This document shows positions 38,351-47,108 of a DNA stretch of 64,000 nt, one piece after another. The DNA lies in the IMG/VR virus record IMGVR_UViG_3300029258_002403. One strand, given 5' to 3'. The notes under the pieces were generated by a model, which saw only the letters and a program-made list of their open reading frames with translations, was not told the origin of the DNA and did not search any database. This stretch comes from an uncultured virus (IMG/VR IMGVR_UViG_3300029258_002403). Taxonomy: Duplodnaviria; Heunggongvirae; Uroviricota; Caudoviricetes. Made by a program: the position numbers and the translations under genes. Position 1 is the stretch's first letter. Every line of letters starts with the position of its first letter.

Positions 38351-38595
38351 CAGTCCCCTCCCTCCAGCATGGACTTGCTGGCGGCCAGTTTGAGCGCCGC
38401 GGCGATCACCTCGGCCCCATCGTACCCCAGCCGCAGGGTGAGCTTTACGGTAGGTTCTGCGCTGGCCGGGGCAGTAAGGGCCAGTTGATCCACCTGGACC
38501 CCGCTGTCCGCGCCCTTCTCCACCACGAACGCCACCGCGGCCCGAAGGCGGGCGTCCTGCTCCTTGCGGGTGATGGTCTTCTTCTTGGGGGGCAT
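38350..38595 (-). CDS. Hypothetical protein (ends AASKSMLEGGD)
   Basis: TGATG overlaps on both sides. Confidence 0.65.
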   Translation of the reverse strand: MPPKKKTITRKEQDARLRAAVAFVVEKGADSGVQVDQLALTAPASAEPTVKLTLRLGYDGAEVIAAALKLAASKSMLEGGD

Positions 38596-38909
38596 CAATC
38601 TTCCCCCAGGAGGCGCTGGGCGCACTCCTCCGCGGTGGTGAGGATCTTCCACTCCACCTTGACCCCCGCGGCTCGGCGGGCGTCCACGGCTCGGCGGGCT
38701 TTCTCGATCCACCGCCGGTCCATGGCCGACGCGTTGGGAGCCTCCACCACCACGTGGACCACCCCGCCAAGGAAAACCTCCTTGACCGCGTAGGCCCGGA
38801 AGAACCCCGCGGCCACCCCACCATCCAGGAGCTTGGCCAGGTCGGCCCGGGTGAGGGCGTCGTCGTCGGCCGCCACCACGAACTCGGCCAGTTCCGGCCA
38901 GTCACTCAT
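38595..38909 (-). CDS. Hypothetical protein (ends CAQRLLGED)
   Basis: Coupled ORF. Confidence 0.6.
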   Translation of the reverse strand: MSDWPELAEFVVAADDDALTRADLAKLLDGGVAAGFFRAYAVKEVFLGGVVHVVVEAPNASAMDRRWIEKARRAVDARRAAGVKVEWKILTTAEECAQRLLGED

Positions 38910-39078
38910 GTTGATCATCCACCCCTCCCTTGGCCACCACGGACACGGCCCCCAGAAGCCCCAGGGCGGCCACCACGAACACCACCCACGCAGGCCACCA
39001 CTGCTGACCCACCCACGCGGCGGCAAAGGCCAGGACCACCCACACCACCACCCACACCAACGCGCGGCCGCGGGTCAT
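38902..39078 (-). CDS. Small 2-TM membrane protein
   Basis: 'ALVWVVVWVVLAFAAAWV...WVVFVVAALGLLGAV'. Confidence 0.6.
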   Translation of the reverse strand: MTRGRALVWVVVWVVLAFAAAWVGQQWWPAWVVFVVAALGLLGAVSVVAKGGVDDQHE

Positions 39079-39458
39079 CCCGGGTTCTCCATGAGCCACG
39101 CGGCGGCCTTGGCCTTCAAGATCCGCCGCCGGCCGCGGCACAGGTCGCACTTCTCCACCATGTTGGTGTTCATCCACGTGGCAGGGTCCCCGTACTCCGC
39201 CCCGTACTCGTCGTCGTGGTCCCACTCCGCCATCTGGGCCTCTACGGAGAACGGGTCGTAGTCCCGGTCGTAGTCGTCGTCGTTGTCGGCGGCCACCCCC
39301 GCCACCATCTGGCGAAGGCGGCGGACGGCGTCCTCCCCCGCGGGAGGGCGCTCCGTGCTGGGGTTCATGATCGACCCCTTCTCCACCTGGAGGCCTGTCC
39401 CACCGCACGACGGGCACAGAACGAACTCCGCGGCAAGCACCCGGCGGTGATCCGTCAC
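39075..39458 (-). CDS. Zinc-finger protein with acidic insert
   Basis: CPSCGGTG...CDLCRG, ends AAAWLMENPG. Confidence 0.65.
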   Translation of the reverse strand: MTDHRRVLAAEFVLCPSCGGTGLQVEKGSIMNPSTERPPAGEDAVRRLRQMVAGVAADNDDDYDRDYDPFSVEAQMAEWDHDDEYGAEYGDPATWMNTNMVEKCDLCRGRRRILKAKAAAWLMENPG

Positions 39459-40111
39459 GCCCCCTCCACCCGGTGGACCTCCACCCGCACCTTGACAGGC
39501 CGGGCCGTGGTCCTCCACGACGGGTGGCCGCCCCGCACCAGCTTGCACCGCTCCCTGGCCAGGTCCCGGGTGTCGAAGGTGGCCACGGGAGGCATGTCCC
39601 CTCGCCCATGGCGGGGCCCCAGGGGGTCCCCAGGGGAGTCGAAGTAGAACCGACCGGCCAGGAACGGCTTGTCCACCGCCTTGCCGTTCTTCCAGTAGGT
39701 GATCTCCACAGCCCACCGCACCTCCGCGCGGGCCAGGGACGGAACCCCCGCCGCCGCCGTCTTGGCCCGGGTCTTGGCGGCCTTGCTCAACTCGGCGGCC
39801 CTGTCCTTGACGGCCCGTTCGGCACGTAAGCGGCGGCGGTCGGCCACCAACTTGGCCAACGTCCCCTTGCGTGCGGTGATCCACTGGCACCCCGGCCCCC
39901 CGTAGTACCCCACCCGCACGTCCGTGGCTTTGGGGTCCCCTTGGATCCGGTACCGCACATTGTTGGGGGTGGTGTCCTGGCCCTTCCACCGGATGGGGTC
40001 GTCGCCGCTCCCCAGGTAGTCGTCCAGTTCTGCGAACGCCGTGCTCGCGTTCATCTTCTCCGGGGCCAGATGCTCGATCTGGTCGTACCGATCCCAGTGT
40101 CGCCGCGCCAT
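39455..40111 (-). CDS. Hypothetical protein
   Basis: TGATG overlap; 218 aa. Confidence 0.6.
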   Translation of the reverse strand: MARRHWDRYDQIEHLAPEKMNASTAFAELDDYLGSGDDPIRWKGQDTTPNNVRYRIQGDPKATDVRVGYYGGPGCQWITARKGTLAKLVADRRRLRAERAVKDRAAELSKAAKTRAKTAAAGVPSLARAEVRWAVEITYWKNGKAVDKPFLAGRFYFDSPGDPLGPRHGRGDMPPVATFDTRDLARERCKLVRGGHPSWRTTARPVKVRVEVHRVEGA

Positions 40112-40383
40112 CAGTAGTTGTCCCTCACCACCCGCGGCCCCTGGGCGCAGTTGGGTTGCTGTACGGGGGCGCCCAGGGAGGCCACCACGTCGGCGCAGAA
40201 CTCCCGCCCCTCCTCCGTGATCCGCCACTGGTAGGCGCACGTGGGGTTGATCGACACCAGCCCCCTGGCCGCCAGCCGTTTGGCCGCCGCGTTGTACCCG
40301 TTGACCGGGTGATTGTCGTGCCCCTCGGCGGCGCACTTCCACAACGCCACCAGGAGGACCAAGTCGTTGATGCAGTGGGTCAT
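40111..40383 (-). CDS. Small winged-helix-like protein
   Basis: 'AAAKRLAARGLV...WRITEEGREF'. Confidence 0.6.
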   Translation of the reverse strand: MTHCINDLVLLVALWKCAAEGHDNHPVNGYNAAAKRLAARGLVSINPTCAYQWRITEEGREFCADVVASLGAPVQQPNCAQGPRVVRDNY

Positions 40384-40622
40384 GCGCGGCTCACGATCAC
40401 CCGGGCCCGCACGGGCTGGGAGCCGTACACGTACTCGTCGGGGTTCACCTGGGCGGCCGACTCGGCGGCCACCCGGCTCACGAGCACCCCCCGCTTGACC
40501 AGGCGCCGGATGGCAGCCCGGTGTTCCCGGGGGGCGGGTTGGGGCTTGTGGGGGGTGGTGTTGGCGTCCACCCACGCCAGGGCCGCGGCTTCTTCGGCCG
40601 CACGTCGTTCTCTCTTGGACAT
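40380..40622 (-). CDS. Small winged-helix-like protein
   Basis: 'AAIRRLVKRGVLV'. Confidence 0.55.
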   Translation of the reverse strand: MSKRERRAAEEAAALAWVDANTTPHKPQPAPREHRAAIRRLVKRGVLVSRVAAESAAQVNPDEYVYGSQPVRARVIVSRA

Positions 40623-40627
40623 ACCCC

Positions 40628-40975
40628 CTACTTGCGCGGGTCCTGGCCATTCCGTACTGCGTTCTGCGCCGCCGCGGTGTCCCGGAGCACCTTTTCGGCG
40701 GCGGCCACCAACCCCAGGATGTCCCGGGCCCCCTCGTGGTCCAGGTTCACCTTCCCCTCCAGGGTCACCAGCCGCCGGCGGCTGAACTTGGCCACCAGCT
40801 CCCCCAGGACCAGGAGGGCCATGTCCCGCTGGTCGCACGCGGCTTCGTTCATGGCCGACACCCGCTCCAGGCGGCCGGTGATCTCCTGGCACGCGGCCAG
40901 GGCCTGCTCGGCCACCTCCAGGTACTCCTTGGCCAGGATCCGGTACTTGGCGGCCTCGTGGGTGAAGTCAGTCAT
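40628..40975 (-). CDS. Helical hypothetical protein
   Basis: 115 aa, coupled. Confidence 0.6.
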   Translation of the reverse strand: MTDFTHEAAKYRILAKEYLEVAEQALAACQEITGRLERVSAMNEAACDQRDMALLVLGELVAKFSRRRLVTLEGKVNLDHEGARDILGLVAAAEKVLRDTAAAQNAVRNGQDPRK

Positions 40976-41210
40976 CGTCGGTCAGCAGTTCGTTGGCAGC
41001 CAGGTTTACGATAGGGTGGAGGGACCCGCTCCAGCCTGCCCGACACGCGGCCATCACGTCCACTCGGTTGAGCCCCCCGCACAGGGGGCACGCGGCCATC
41101 CCGCGGTTCTTGCCGATCGGCGGGCCGGGGACTTGGCCCCTCCCCTGGCACTGGGGACAGGTGGCGGTACCGCGCCCCGTGGCGCGTGTGCCCGCAAGTC
41201 CCCTGCGCAC
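40968..41210 (-). CDS. CxxCxGxG zinc-finger protein
   Basis: CPQCQGRG, CPLCGG; ends LAANELLTDDD. Confidence 0.6.
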   Translation of the reverse strand: MRRGLAGTRATGRGTATCPQCQGRGQVPGPPIGKNRGMAACPLCGGLNRVDVMAACRAGWSGSLHPIVNLAANELLTDDD

Positions 41211-41675
41211 CTACACCCCGCTGCCGCGGCGGTGGTCCGGGGCTTCACTCCCGGGGATCGTGGTTTGGACAGGCTGGCCCCTGGTCTCGGCGGCCACCTT
41301 GAGCACCCGCCGCATGGATCGGTTGACGCTCTTGGCGGCCTTGGTCCCCGTCCCGAACACACACCCCACGGCGTACTCCCCCTCCACCCGCACGGCGTAG
41401 GTGTACCCCCCGGCCACGGTCTTGAGGTGGAACGGGTCGGCGGGGTTGGCCCACGGCTTGCCGGGGGCGTAGGCCACGGCCTGTTCCACCGCGTCCTGTA
41501 GCCACTGGCCCCGGCCGATCCTGTCCCCGTGGAACCCCTTGCCGGGCCCGTCCCACAGCACCACGTGGGTTACCCCGTCGAGCCGCCGCAGATTGTCCAT
41601 CTGCTTGAGGACCAGATGGTGGATGGGCGGGCCGCCGCCGCTGGGGTCGGTGGTGCGGAGCTTGAAGGACGGCAT
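41211..41675 (-). CDS. Roadblock/LC7-like protein
   Basis: 'MDNLRRLDGVTHVVLWDGPG...YTYAVRVEGEYAVGCVF...VNRSMRRV'. Confidence 0.45.
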   Translation of the reverse strand: MPSFKLRTTDPSGGGPPIHHLVLKQMDNLRRLDGVTHVVLWDGPGKGFHGDRIGRGQWLQDAVEQAVAYAPGKPWANPADPFHLKTVAGGYTYAVRVEGEYAVGCVFGTGTKAAKSVNRSMRRVLKVAAETRGQPVQTTIPGSEAPDHRRGSGV

Positions 41676-41914
41676 CAGTACACCTCCCCCCGGACTACCG
41701 GCGCGGTTGAGCGCGCAGGTACGCGCACCACTTTGCTGGGATGGGGGACGGTGATCGGGGACAGGGCCCCGCCCAGGGGGCTCACGTACAGGCTCGCCTC
41801 CCTGGCGTCGAGCACCTTGCATGGAGTCCACGGGTCCCCGGGCCGAGGGGCACCCCCGGTTCCGCGGAACACCCCGGCCCACACCTCCACTGTGTCGTCG
41901 GCACGAACGGTCAT
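41675..41914 (-). CDS. Small hypothetical protein
   Basis: 79 aa, coupled. Confidence 0.55.
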   Translation of the reverse strand: MTVRADDTVEVWAGVFRGTGGAPRPGDPWTPCKVLDAREASLYVSPLGGALSPITVPHPSKVVRVPARSTAPVVRGEVY

Positions 41915-41938
41915 GTCTCACACTAGCGCGATCCCCGG

Positions 41939-42229
41939 CTAGTCGTCCATGTCCAGCAGCTCCTGCGCGGTGGGGCGCCGGAGATCCACGGCGGGGCAGT
42001 AGTACCGTCCCCCGCTGTCGAACCCGCCCACCAGGGCGCTCTTGGACAAGTCCTGGGACAGCACCATCCACGTGGCCGACCCGTCGTGCCGCGGCCCCCG
42101 GCCACCGTCCCGGTTGGGGGCGCACGCCCGGAGGACCGTCACGGGGATCGCCTTCCAGTCCCCGAACAGGATGGGGACCATCAGGGTGGTCCCGTTGGCC
42201 GCAGCGGCGGCCACCTCCTCGTCGGTCAC
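41939..42229 (-). CDS. Hypothetical protein (ends LRRPTAQELLDMDD)
   Basis: GTGA overlap. Confidence 0.6.
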   Translation of the reverse strand: MTDEEVAAAAANGTTLMVPILFGDWKAIPVTVLRACAPNRDGGRGPRHDGSATWMVLSQDLSKSALVGGFDSGGRYYCPAVDLRRPTAQELLDMDD

Positions 42230-42519
42230 GTCCACAACCCCGTGAAGTCCGGGATGGAGATCCACGCCGGGGCCGGCGGGGCCTGGACTTCCCCGGTGAG
42301 CAACTCGGCCGCGGTGGCTAGGCGGATGTCCGCGAAGTTCCGGTTGAAGATCCGGGTCCCCAACTGGACCCGCCCGTACCGCTCCCCAAACCGGGGGACG
42401 CACACGTCCAGGGTGTCCATCACCCGAAAGTCCAGCGCCTCCCCCTGCGGGGTGTAGCGCACGTAACTCACCACGGGGAGGTTGTCCTCCACGGCGCGCC
42501 TGAACTCCGCCTCAGTCAT
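42226..42519 (-). CDS. Hypothetical protein (IRLATAAELL)
   Basis: GGAGG RBS. Confidence 0.6.
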   Translation of the reverse strand: MTEAEFRRAVEDNLPVVSYVRYTPQGEALDFRVMDTLDVCVPRFGERYGRVQLGTRIFNRNFADIRLATAAELLTGEVQAPPAPAWISIPDFTGLWT

Positions 42520-42805
42520 GGTCCTCCACCATGGCCTTGGCGGCCGCGTTGGCGTACTCCTCCCGAAGGGCCAGGAGCTTCCCCCACCGAGCGCACGGGA
42601 GGCACCGGGACCCATCCCCGGCACACTGGCAGTCGTGGGCCATGGCGATCTCCAGGGCCTCCCCGATCCGGGGATCGCACAGGACCCGGATGGCCGCGTC
42701 TCGCTCCTGCTCGGCCTTGGTGAGGGCGGACTCCAAGCCCTGGGCGGCGCGGCCCCCCAGGGGGTTGGCGTCCCTGGCCACATCTCGCACTGTCCGTTTA
42801 GTCAT
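42512..42805 (-). CDS. Hypothetical protein (ends AAAKAMVEDHD)
   Basis: CQC...CLPC. Confidence 0.6.
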   Translation of the reverse strand: MTKRTVRDVARDANPLGGRAAQGLESALTKAEQERDAAIRVLCDPRIGEALEIAMAHDCQCAGDGSRCLPCARWGKLLALREEYANAAAKAMVEDHD

Positions 42806-43190
42806 CGGCCACCAGCAGTTCCGCGGCGGTCAGCCGCCGCACGTGTTGTCCTTCCACGTGCCCCCGCCCGCTGTGATGCACGTCCTTGTACCGATCCCCC
42901 GCCCCGGGGACCAACTTGGCGGCCAGGATGAACTCCACCACCACCTCGTGGCAGGTCCGATTGTGGGCCATGGACCGCACGCTCACGTCCACCATGGTGG
43001 CGGGGACCCACTCCCGCATGGGCACCGTGGTGATCGTGCTCGCAGGGCTCGACGCGGTGAACCACCCCATGGGGTCGAACGCCACCGCGTCCTTGCGCTC
43101 CAGGTGGACCATCACCACCTCCCCCCGAAGGGCCAAGTCCCGCAGGGTCTCGGCACGTTCAAGCACCTCCCGCGCGATGTCACCCCGCAT
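42798..43190 (-). CDS. Hypothetical protein (ends VRRLTAAELLVADD)
   Basis: GGAGG RBS. Confidence 0.6.
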   Translation of the reverse strand: MRGDIAREVLERAETLRDLALRGEVVMVHLERKDAVAFDPMGWFTASSPASTITTVPMREWVPATMVDVSVRSMAHNRTCHEVVVEFILAAKLVPGAGDRYKDVHHSGRGHVEGQHVRRLTAAELLVADD

Positions 43191-43440
43191 GAGGGTCCTC
43201 CCAGGGGAGAGAGTCGTACTCGCAGTCATCGGGCGGGTCCAGGTGGCGTTCCAGGTAGCAATCGCGCCACGCCTTGGCCACAGCCCGCGCCTGGTCCCGC
43301 TCCGCGGTGAGGGCCTCCTCCTGGTCCAAGATCCACCGGAGAGCAGACGCCTCCTGGGCGTCATACGATCCCCCATAGCGAGCCTTGAGGTGGGCCAACC
43401 GGCGCTCCAGGAACTGCCGCCGTTCCGATCGCTTGGTCAT
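43180..43440 (-). CDS. Hypothetical protein
   Basis: ATGA overlap. Confidence 0.6.
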   Translation of the reverse strand: MTKRSERRQFLERRLAHLKARYGGSYDAQEASALRWILDQEEALTAERDQARAVAKAWRDCYLERHLDPPDDCEYDSLPWEDPHAG

Positions 43441-43700
43441 GGGCCCTCCACGAGCAGGTCGGCGGCGGTGGCCACCCGCACTTGGTCCGGCCACAGCCAG
43501 AAGTGGCCACTCGCCACAGCGCTCGGAACGTCCCCCCGGAACGGGAGGGACGTGCCCCCCAGGGTGTCCGCCCCCTTGACATACTTCACCACCATCCCGG
43601 CGTTGGTCCCCTCCCGCATGACGAACAGGGCCCCCTGTGCGGCCAGGCGCACCACGTCTCGCCGTTGGAGCGGGAGCGAAGTTACCGGTTGATCAGCCAC
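43437..43700 (-). CDS. Hypothetical protein (ends VRVATAADLLVEGP)
   Basis: Coupled ORF. Confidence 0.55.
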   Translation of the reverse strand: MADQPVTSLPLQRRDVVRLAAQGALFVMREGTNAGMVVKYVKGADTLGGTSLPFRGDVPSAVASGHFWLWPDQVRVATAADLLVEGP

Positions 43701-43945
43701 TGGGCGGCCTCCCCCTTGGTCACGGTCTTGTATCCTTGGCACAGTGGACACTTGCGCTGCTCCCCCGTCCGTGTGTACTCCCACGCGGCGGCGCGGCGGA
43801 TCGCCTCGTCGGGTTGGACGGGGCCGCCCCGCGCCGCGTGTGCGTCTCGGATCCACCCCGCATCGAAGTCGCACCAGGGGGCGCCATTGTTCTGGGTGTC
43901 CCCTGTCCCGTAACACCCCGGGCACTCGATCCGGTGGTCATCCAT
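43682..43945 (-). CDS. CxxCxGxG zinc-finger protein
   Basis: CPGCYGTG, CPLCQG; ends EAAQWLINR. Confidence 0.65.
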   Translation of the reverse strand: MDDHRIECPGCYGTGDTQNNGAPWCDFDAGWIRDAHAARGGPVQPDEAIRRAAAWEYTRTGEQRKCPLCQGYKTVTKGEAAQWLINR

Positions 43946-44246
43946 CGTCCCCCTCCACCATCACCTTGGCCGCGGCGGCCTGGAGGACCGCGTCCCAGTC
44001 GTGGCCCCCGTACTTCTGGGCCAGGCGGCACAGGTCGGCTAGCACCCGCACGTTGTGCAGGGTGGTGTGGATCTCGGCACGGACCATGGTCCCCCGATGC
44101 TCCCGGACGGCCATGCCCACAGGGGTGTGCTCCTCCGCGTAGTCGTGTTCCATGGACAGGGTGTGGATCCCCGCCCACCGAAGGGCGTCCAGGAGGTCGT
44201 GGTACTCGTCGGCCCCGGCCGGGGGCTCGGAACTACGGCGAGCCAT
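43938..44246 (-). CDS. Hypothetical protein (ends AAAAKVMVEGDDG)
   Basis: Coupled ORF. Confidence 0.6.
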   Translation of the reverse strand: MARRSSEPPAGADEYHDLLDALRWAGIHTLSMEHDYAEEHTPVGMAVREHRGTMVRAEIHTTLHNVRVLADLCRLAQKYGGHDWDAVLQAAAAKVMVEGDDG

Positions 44247-44454
44247 GGCCCTCCTTGGCGGCCGCGTCGGCGCTCACGATCTCGTCGTACCGCTCCTCCG
44301 GGCTGTGCAAGGTGGACCCCAGAACCCGCTCCACCAAGGCGATCCCCGCGGCCCGCTCCTCGGCCGACCCCTTGGGGGCGGTGCCGTAGCACCAGGCCAA
44401 ATACCGCAGGCTCCGGTTGTTGGGGTCCAGGTACCGCCGCTTAGGTGGGGTCAT
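44233..44454 (-). CDS. Hypothetical protein
   Basis: 73 aa. Confidence 0.55.
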   Translation of the reverse strand: MTPPKRRYLDPNNRSLRYLAWCYGTAPKGSAEERAAGIALVERVLGSTLHSPEERYDEIVSADAAAKEGHGSP

Positions 44455-44719
44455 CGGGGGCCTCCAGGAGCTTCTTGGCCACGTACGCCTTGACCGCGGC
44501 GGCCAGGGTCTCCATGCCGTCCCCCCACACCCGAACGGTAAGGCGCGTTTCCAACTCCGCCTCCGGGGCCGCGCTCCCCAGGGCCTCGATGTGGGTCACG
44601 TCCACCCCGGCGGCCGGGCCGAACTCCACCAAGGTGGCCAAGGCGGCGGACTGATCCCGCCTCTTGGCACGGGACGCGGCCATCTCCCGGCGGTGGCGGG
44701 CTGCTGGGTCCTCTGCCAT
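44441..44719 (-). CDS. Hypothetical protein (ends VAKKLLEAPDDPT)
   Basis: TGATG overlap. Confidence 0.6.
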   Translation of the reverse strand: MAEDPAARHRREMAASRAKRRDQSAALATLVEFGPAAGVDVTHIEALGSAAPEAELETRLTVRVWGDGMETLAAAVKAYVAKKLLEAPDDPT

Positions 44720-45261
44720 CACCCGCCCCCCATGGCCCGGAGGAGGGCCTTGGCGCAGTCCTGGACGGGGTACCCCTGGGGCGGGTGGTACCGCCACACG
44801 TGGCGGGCCCCCAGGCCGTCCGGGTCGTCCGCCAGGGCGCCAAGGAACTCCCGGTCCAAGGTGTACCCCGGCCACGTCACCACCCGGGAGGCCCACACGT
44901 CCAGGGGGACGGGGTCGGGGAGCCCCGGGCGGGGGAGGATCGCGGTGGACCGCAGGAGAACGGCCGCCTCATCCACCACCCGGATCGCCCCCATGGCGTC
45001 GTTGGTGGCCCGCTCCCCGTAGTCGCCCCCCACGATCTCCATGAGGGCCGCGGCGGTGGCCTCCAACTCGGCCAGGTTGTACCCGAACTGGATGTGGCCG
45101 GCGGCCACCACATTCCCCCCGGTGTGCTCCCAGGGGACCTGCGCGTCGGGCTTGCCCTGGTTGCGCCTGTCCGCGCGGGACCAGTACAGGGCGTCAAACA
45201 CCTTCATGCGCAGGTCGGCGGGGATCAGGACTCGCCTCTCGGCCAGTTTCATGGTCTTCAC
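44719..45261 (-). CDS. Hypothetical protein
   Basis: GTGA overlap. Confidence 0.6.
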   Translation of the reverse strand: MKTMKLAERRVLIPADLRMKVFDALYWSRADRRNQGKPDAQVPWEHTGGNVVAAGHIQFGYNLAELEATAAALMEIVGGDYGERATNDAMGAIRVVDEAAVLLRSTAILPRPGLPDPVPLDVWASRVVTWPGYTLDREFLGALADDPDGLGARHVWRYHPPQGYPVQDCAKALLRAMGGG

Positions 45262-45827
45262 TGTCCCCCCTTGAGCATGGCGTCGGCCTTTGTGTTGGCG
45301 GGGACCAGGGCCACCAAGGCGTTGACCTGCGCCGGGGTCATGGTGATCTCGGCCTTGCGGTCGTTCCAGTTGCGGTCCACGTGCTCCCCGATCAGCATCC
45401 CCACCAACTCGGCGGCGGCATTGGCCGCGTCCCGGTAGCCCGCCTTGGCGTCCTGCTTGATCTGCCGAGCGGCGTGCTCGGCCTCCTCCACGGTGGCGTC
45501 CCCTTCGGCGTACTGGATCAGGCCCAGGCTCACGCTGGTGGGCGCCCCCCACGTCCCGCTTTCGTGCCACTGCTCGATGATGGCGTGAGGGGCGGGGTCC
45601 TTGGCCCTGGACTTCCGCCTGCGCTCATCCCGGGTGAACGTCACCACCTTCCTCTCGCGCCTCCCGGTCTGGGGGTTCCACTTGTGGCGGATCTCGCAGT
45701 CCTCGTCGGCCTTGACGATCCGAATCCGCACACGGGGGGCACCCTTGCGGGCCGGGGCCAGGGAGCAGATCCGGCCGGGGGTGAGCTTCTCCTGCTTGCG
45801 CTTCCAGTTGGTGGTGGTCTTCGGCAT
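45258..45827 (-). CDS. Hypothetical basic protein
   Basis: ATG 45827, ends KADAMLKGGQ. Confidence 0.6.
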   Translation of the reverse strand: MPKTTTNWKRKQEKLTPGRICSLAPARKGAPRVRIRIVKADEDCEIRHKWNPQTGRRERKVVTFTRDERRRKSRAKDPAPHAIIEQWHESGTWGAPTSVSLGLIQYAEGDATVEEAEHAARQIKQDAKAGYRDAANAAAELVGMLIGEHVDRNWNDRKAEITMTPAQVNALVALVPANTKADAMLKGGQ

Positions 45828-45858
45828 GTAGGGTTCTTGCGCCGCTGGGAAAGGGTGG

Positions 45859-46299
45859 TCACCGGCCGCCCCGGGCCGCCGAACTGTAGAACCGGAGGCG
45901 AACTCGGAACCGCTCGTCGTCCTCTCCCGGGCGGCGGGTGGCCCCGTATGCCTGGGCCAACCTGTCCAGGCCACTCCCGTGGGCCGTGTTGATCGCGGCG
46001 AACGCCGTGGTCCCGTCCCCGTCCTCCTCCAGCATGGCCTGGGCCGCCAGGGGGCGGACGGCCGCGGCCACCTCGGGGCGCACAACCCCCGCCCCCCGGC
46101 ACCAGGGGCATAGGCGGCTCAAGCCGTGGAACTTGACGTAGGGCCACCCCCGGCACCAGGGGCACACCTCCGTGTCCGCGGCCGTCCGCTGGCGCCGGTT
46201 GCGCTCGTTGCACCGGCTCCAGTCCCAGTCCGGGGCCTCGGGGTAGAACGCCCCGGCCACGATCCGGTGGTCGGCCCGGATGGGAAGGGGGCCGCTCAC
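45859..46299 (-). CDS. Zinc-finger protein with baseplate-like C-terminal fragment
   Basis: CPWCRG twice, AAQAMLEEDGD, then TAHGSGLDRLAQAYGATRRPGEDDERFRVRL. Confidence 0.65.
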   Translation of the reverse strand: MSGPLPIRADHRIVAGAFYPEAPDWDWSRCNERNRRQRTAADTEVCPWCRGWPYVKFHGLSRLCPWCRGAGVVRPEVAAAVRPLAAQAMLEEDGDGTTAFAAINTAHGSGLDRLAQAYGATRRPGEDDERFRVRLRFYSSAARGGR

Positions 46300-46631
46300 T
46301 GGTCGGCGCTCCCGTCCAGCATGGCCGCGGCGGCCCGGCCCGGGGTCACCCACCGAACCCCCAGGCAGCAGGAGCAGTCGTTGTAGGCCACGGGGGGCAA
46401 GTCCACCCGCCGAATCACCCCCGTCCCGGCGCAGTACCCGCAGGCGTGTTTCCCCAGGCTCGGACTGGCCAGGCGGCCGGTCCCGTCACACGCCACGCAC
46501 GGGACGTACCCGCACACGGGGCACAGGACATCGGCGGCCGCGGGGGTGGTGTCAGCGGCCGCGGCGGCGGCTTCCCCGCCGGGGGAAGGGTGTTCCGAAG
46601 GGGCTTGGGAACGGGCTTCCGACTTGGGCAC
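46296..46631 (-). CDS. CxxCxGxG zinc-finger protein
   Basis: Four CxxC pairs; ends AAAAMLDGSADQ. Confidence 0.65.
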   Translation of the reverse strand: MPKSEARSQAPSEHPSPGGEAAAAAADTTPAAADVLCPVCGYVPCVACDGTGRLASPSLGKHACGYCAGTGVIRRVDLPPVAYNDCSCCLGVRWVTPGRAAAAMLDGSADQ

Positions 46632-46637
46632 GGTGTT

Positions 46638-47108
46638 CTACTTCTTTCGCGCGCGCGATGGAGTTCGGGTGAGCCACCGGGCCATCCTGGGGAAACGGTC
46701 CAAAACGGCCTCCAGCAGGTTGCCAAGGCCCTTCCCCACGTGGTCGTGGTCGTGGACCACCCGGCGCTTGGCGGGGGCGGGGTCCAGGTGGACCTTGCCC
46801 ATGTCGTCCACCACCACGTGGTACGGGATCTCCCCTGCCGCCCTGGCGGCTCGTTCCATGGCTTGGTTGAACTGGCGGGCGGACTTCCCTGCTTGGCGGA
46901 CCCCCTGAACGGCGTAGGTGTGCCAGGCGATCCCCGCGGGGTAGCTCACCTCGGGGCGGGGATCGTCGTCGTCCCCATGTTCCAGGAGCCACTGGGCCGC
47001 CTGTTCGGGTGTGCATTGGCCTACGTCCAGGCAGCAGGGGCACGACTCGGCGTTGTAGTTGCGGAGTTCCGGGGTGCAGGCCGGGCACGGCACGAGGTTG
47101 TGGGTCAT
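46638..47108 (-). CDS. Zinc-finger protein with appended C-terminal segment
   Basis: CPAC, CPCC, QAAQWLLEHGDDDD plus about 105 aa. Confidence 0.65.
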   Translation of the reverse strand: MTHNLVPCPACTPELRNYNAESCPCCLDVGQCTPEQAAQWLLEHGDDDDPRPEVSYPAGIAWHTYAVQGVRQAGKSARQFNQAMERAARAAGEIPYHVVVDDMGKVHLDPAPAKRRVVHDHDHVGKGLGNLLEAVLDRFPRMARWLTRTPSRARKK

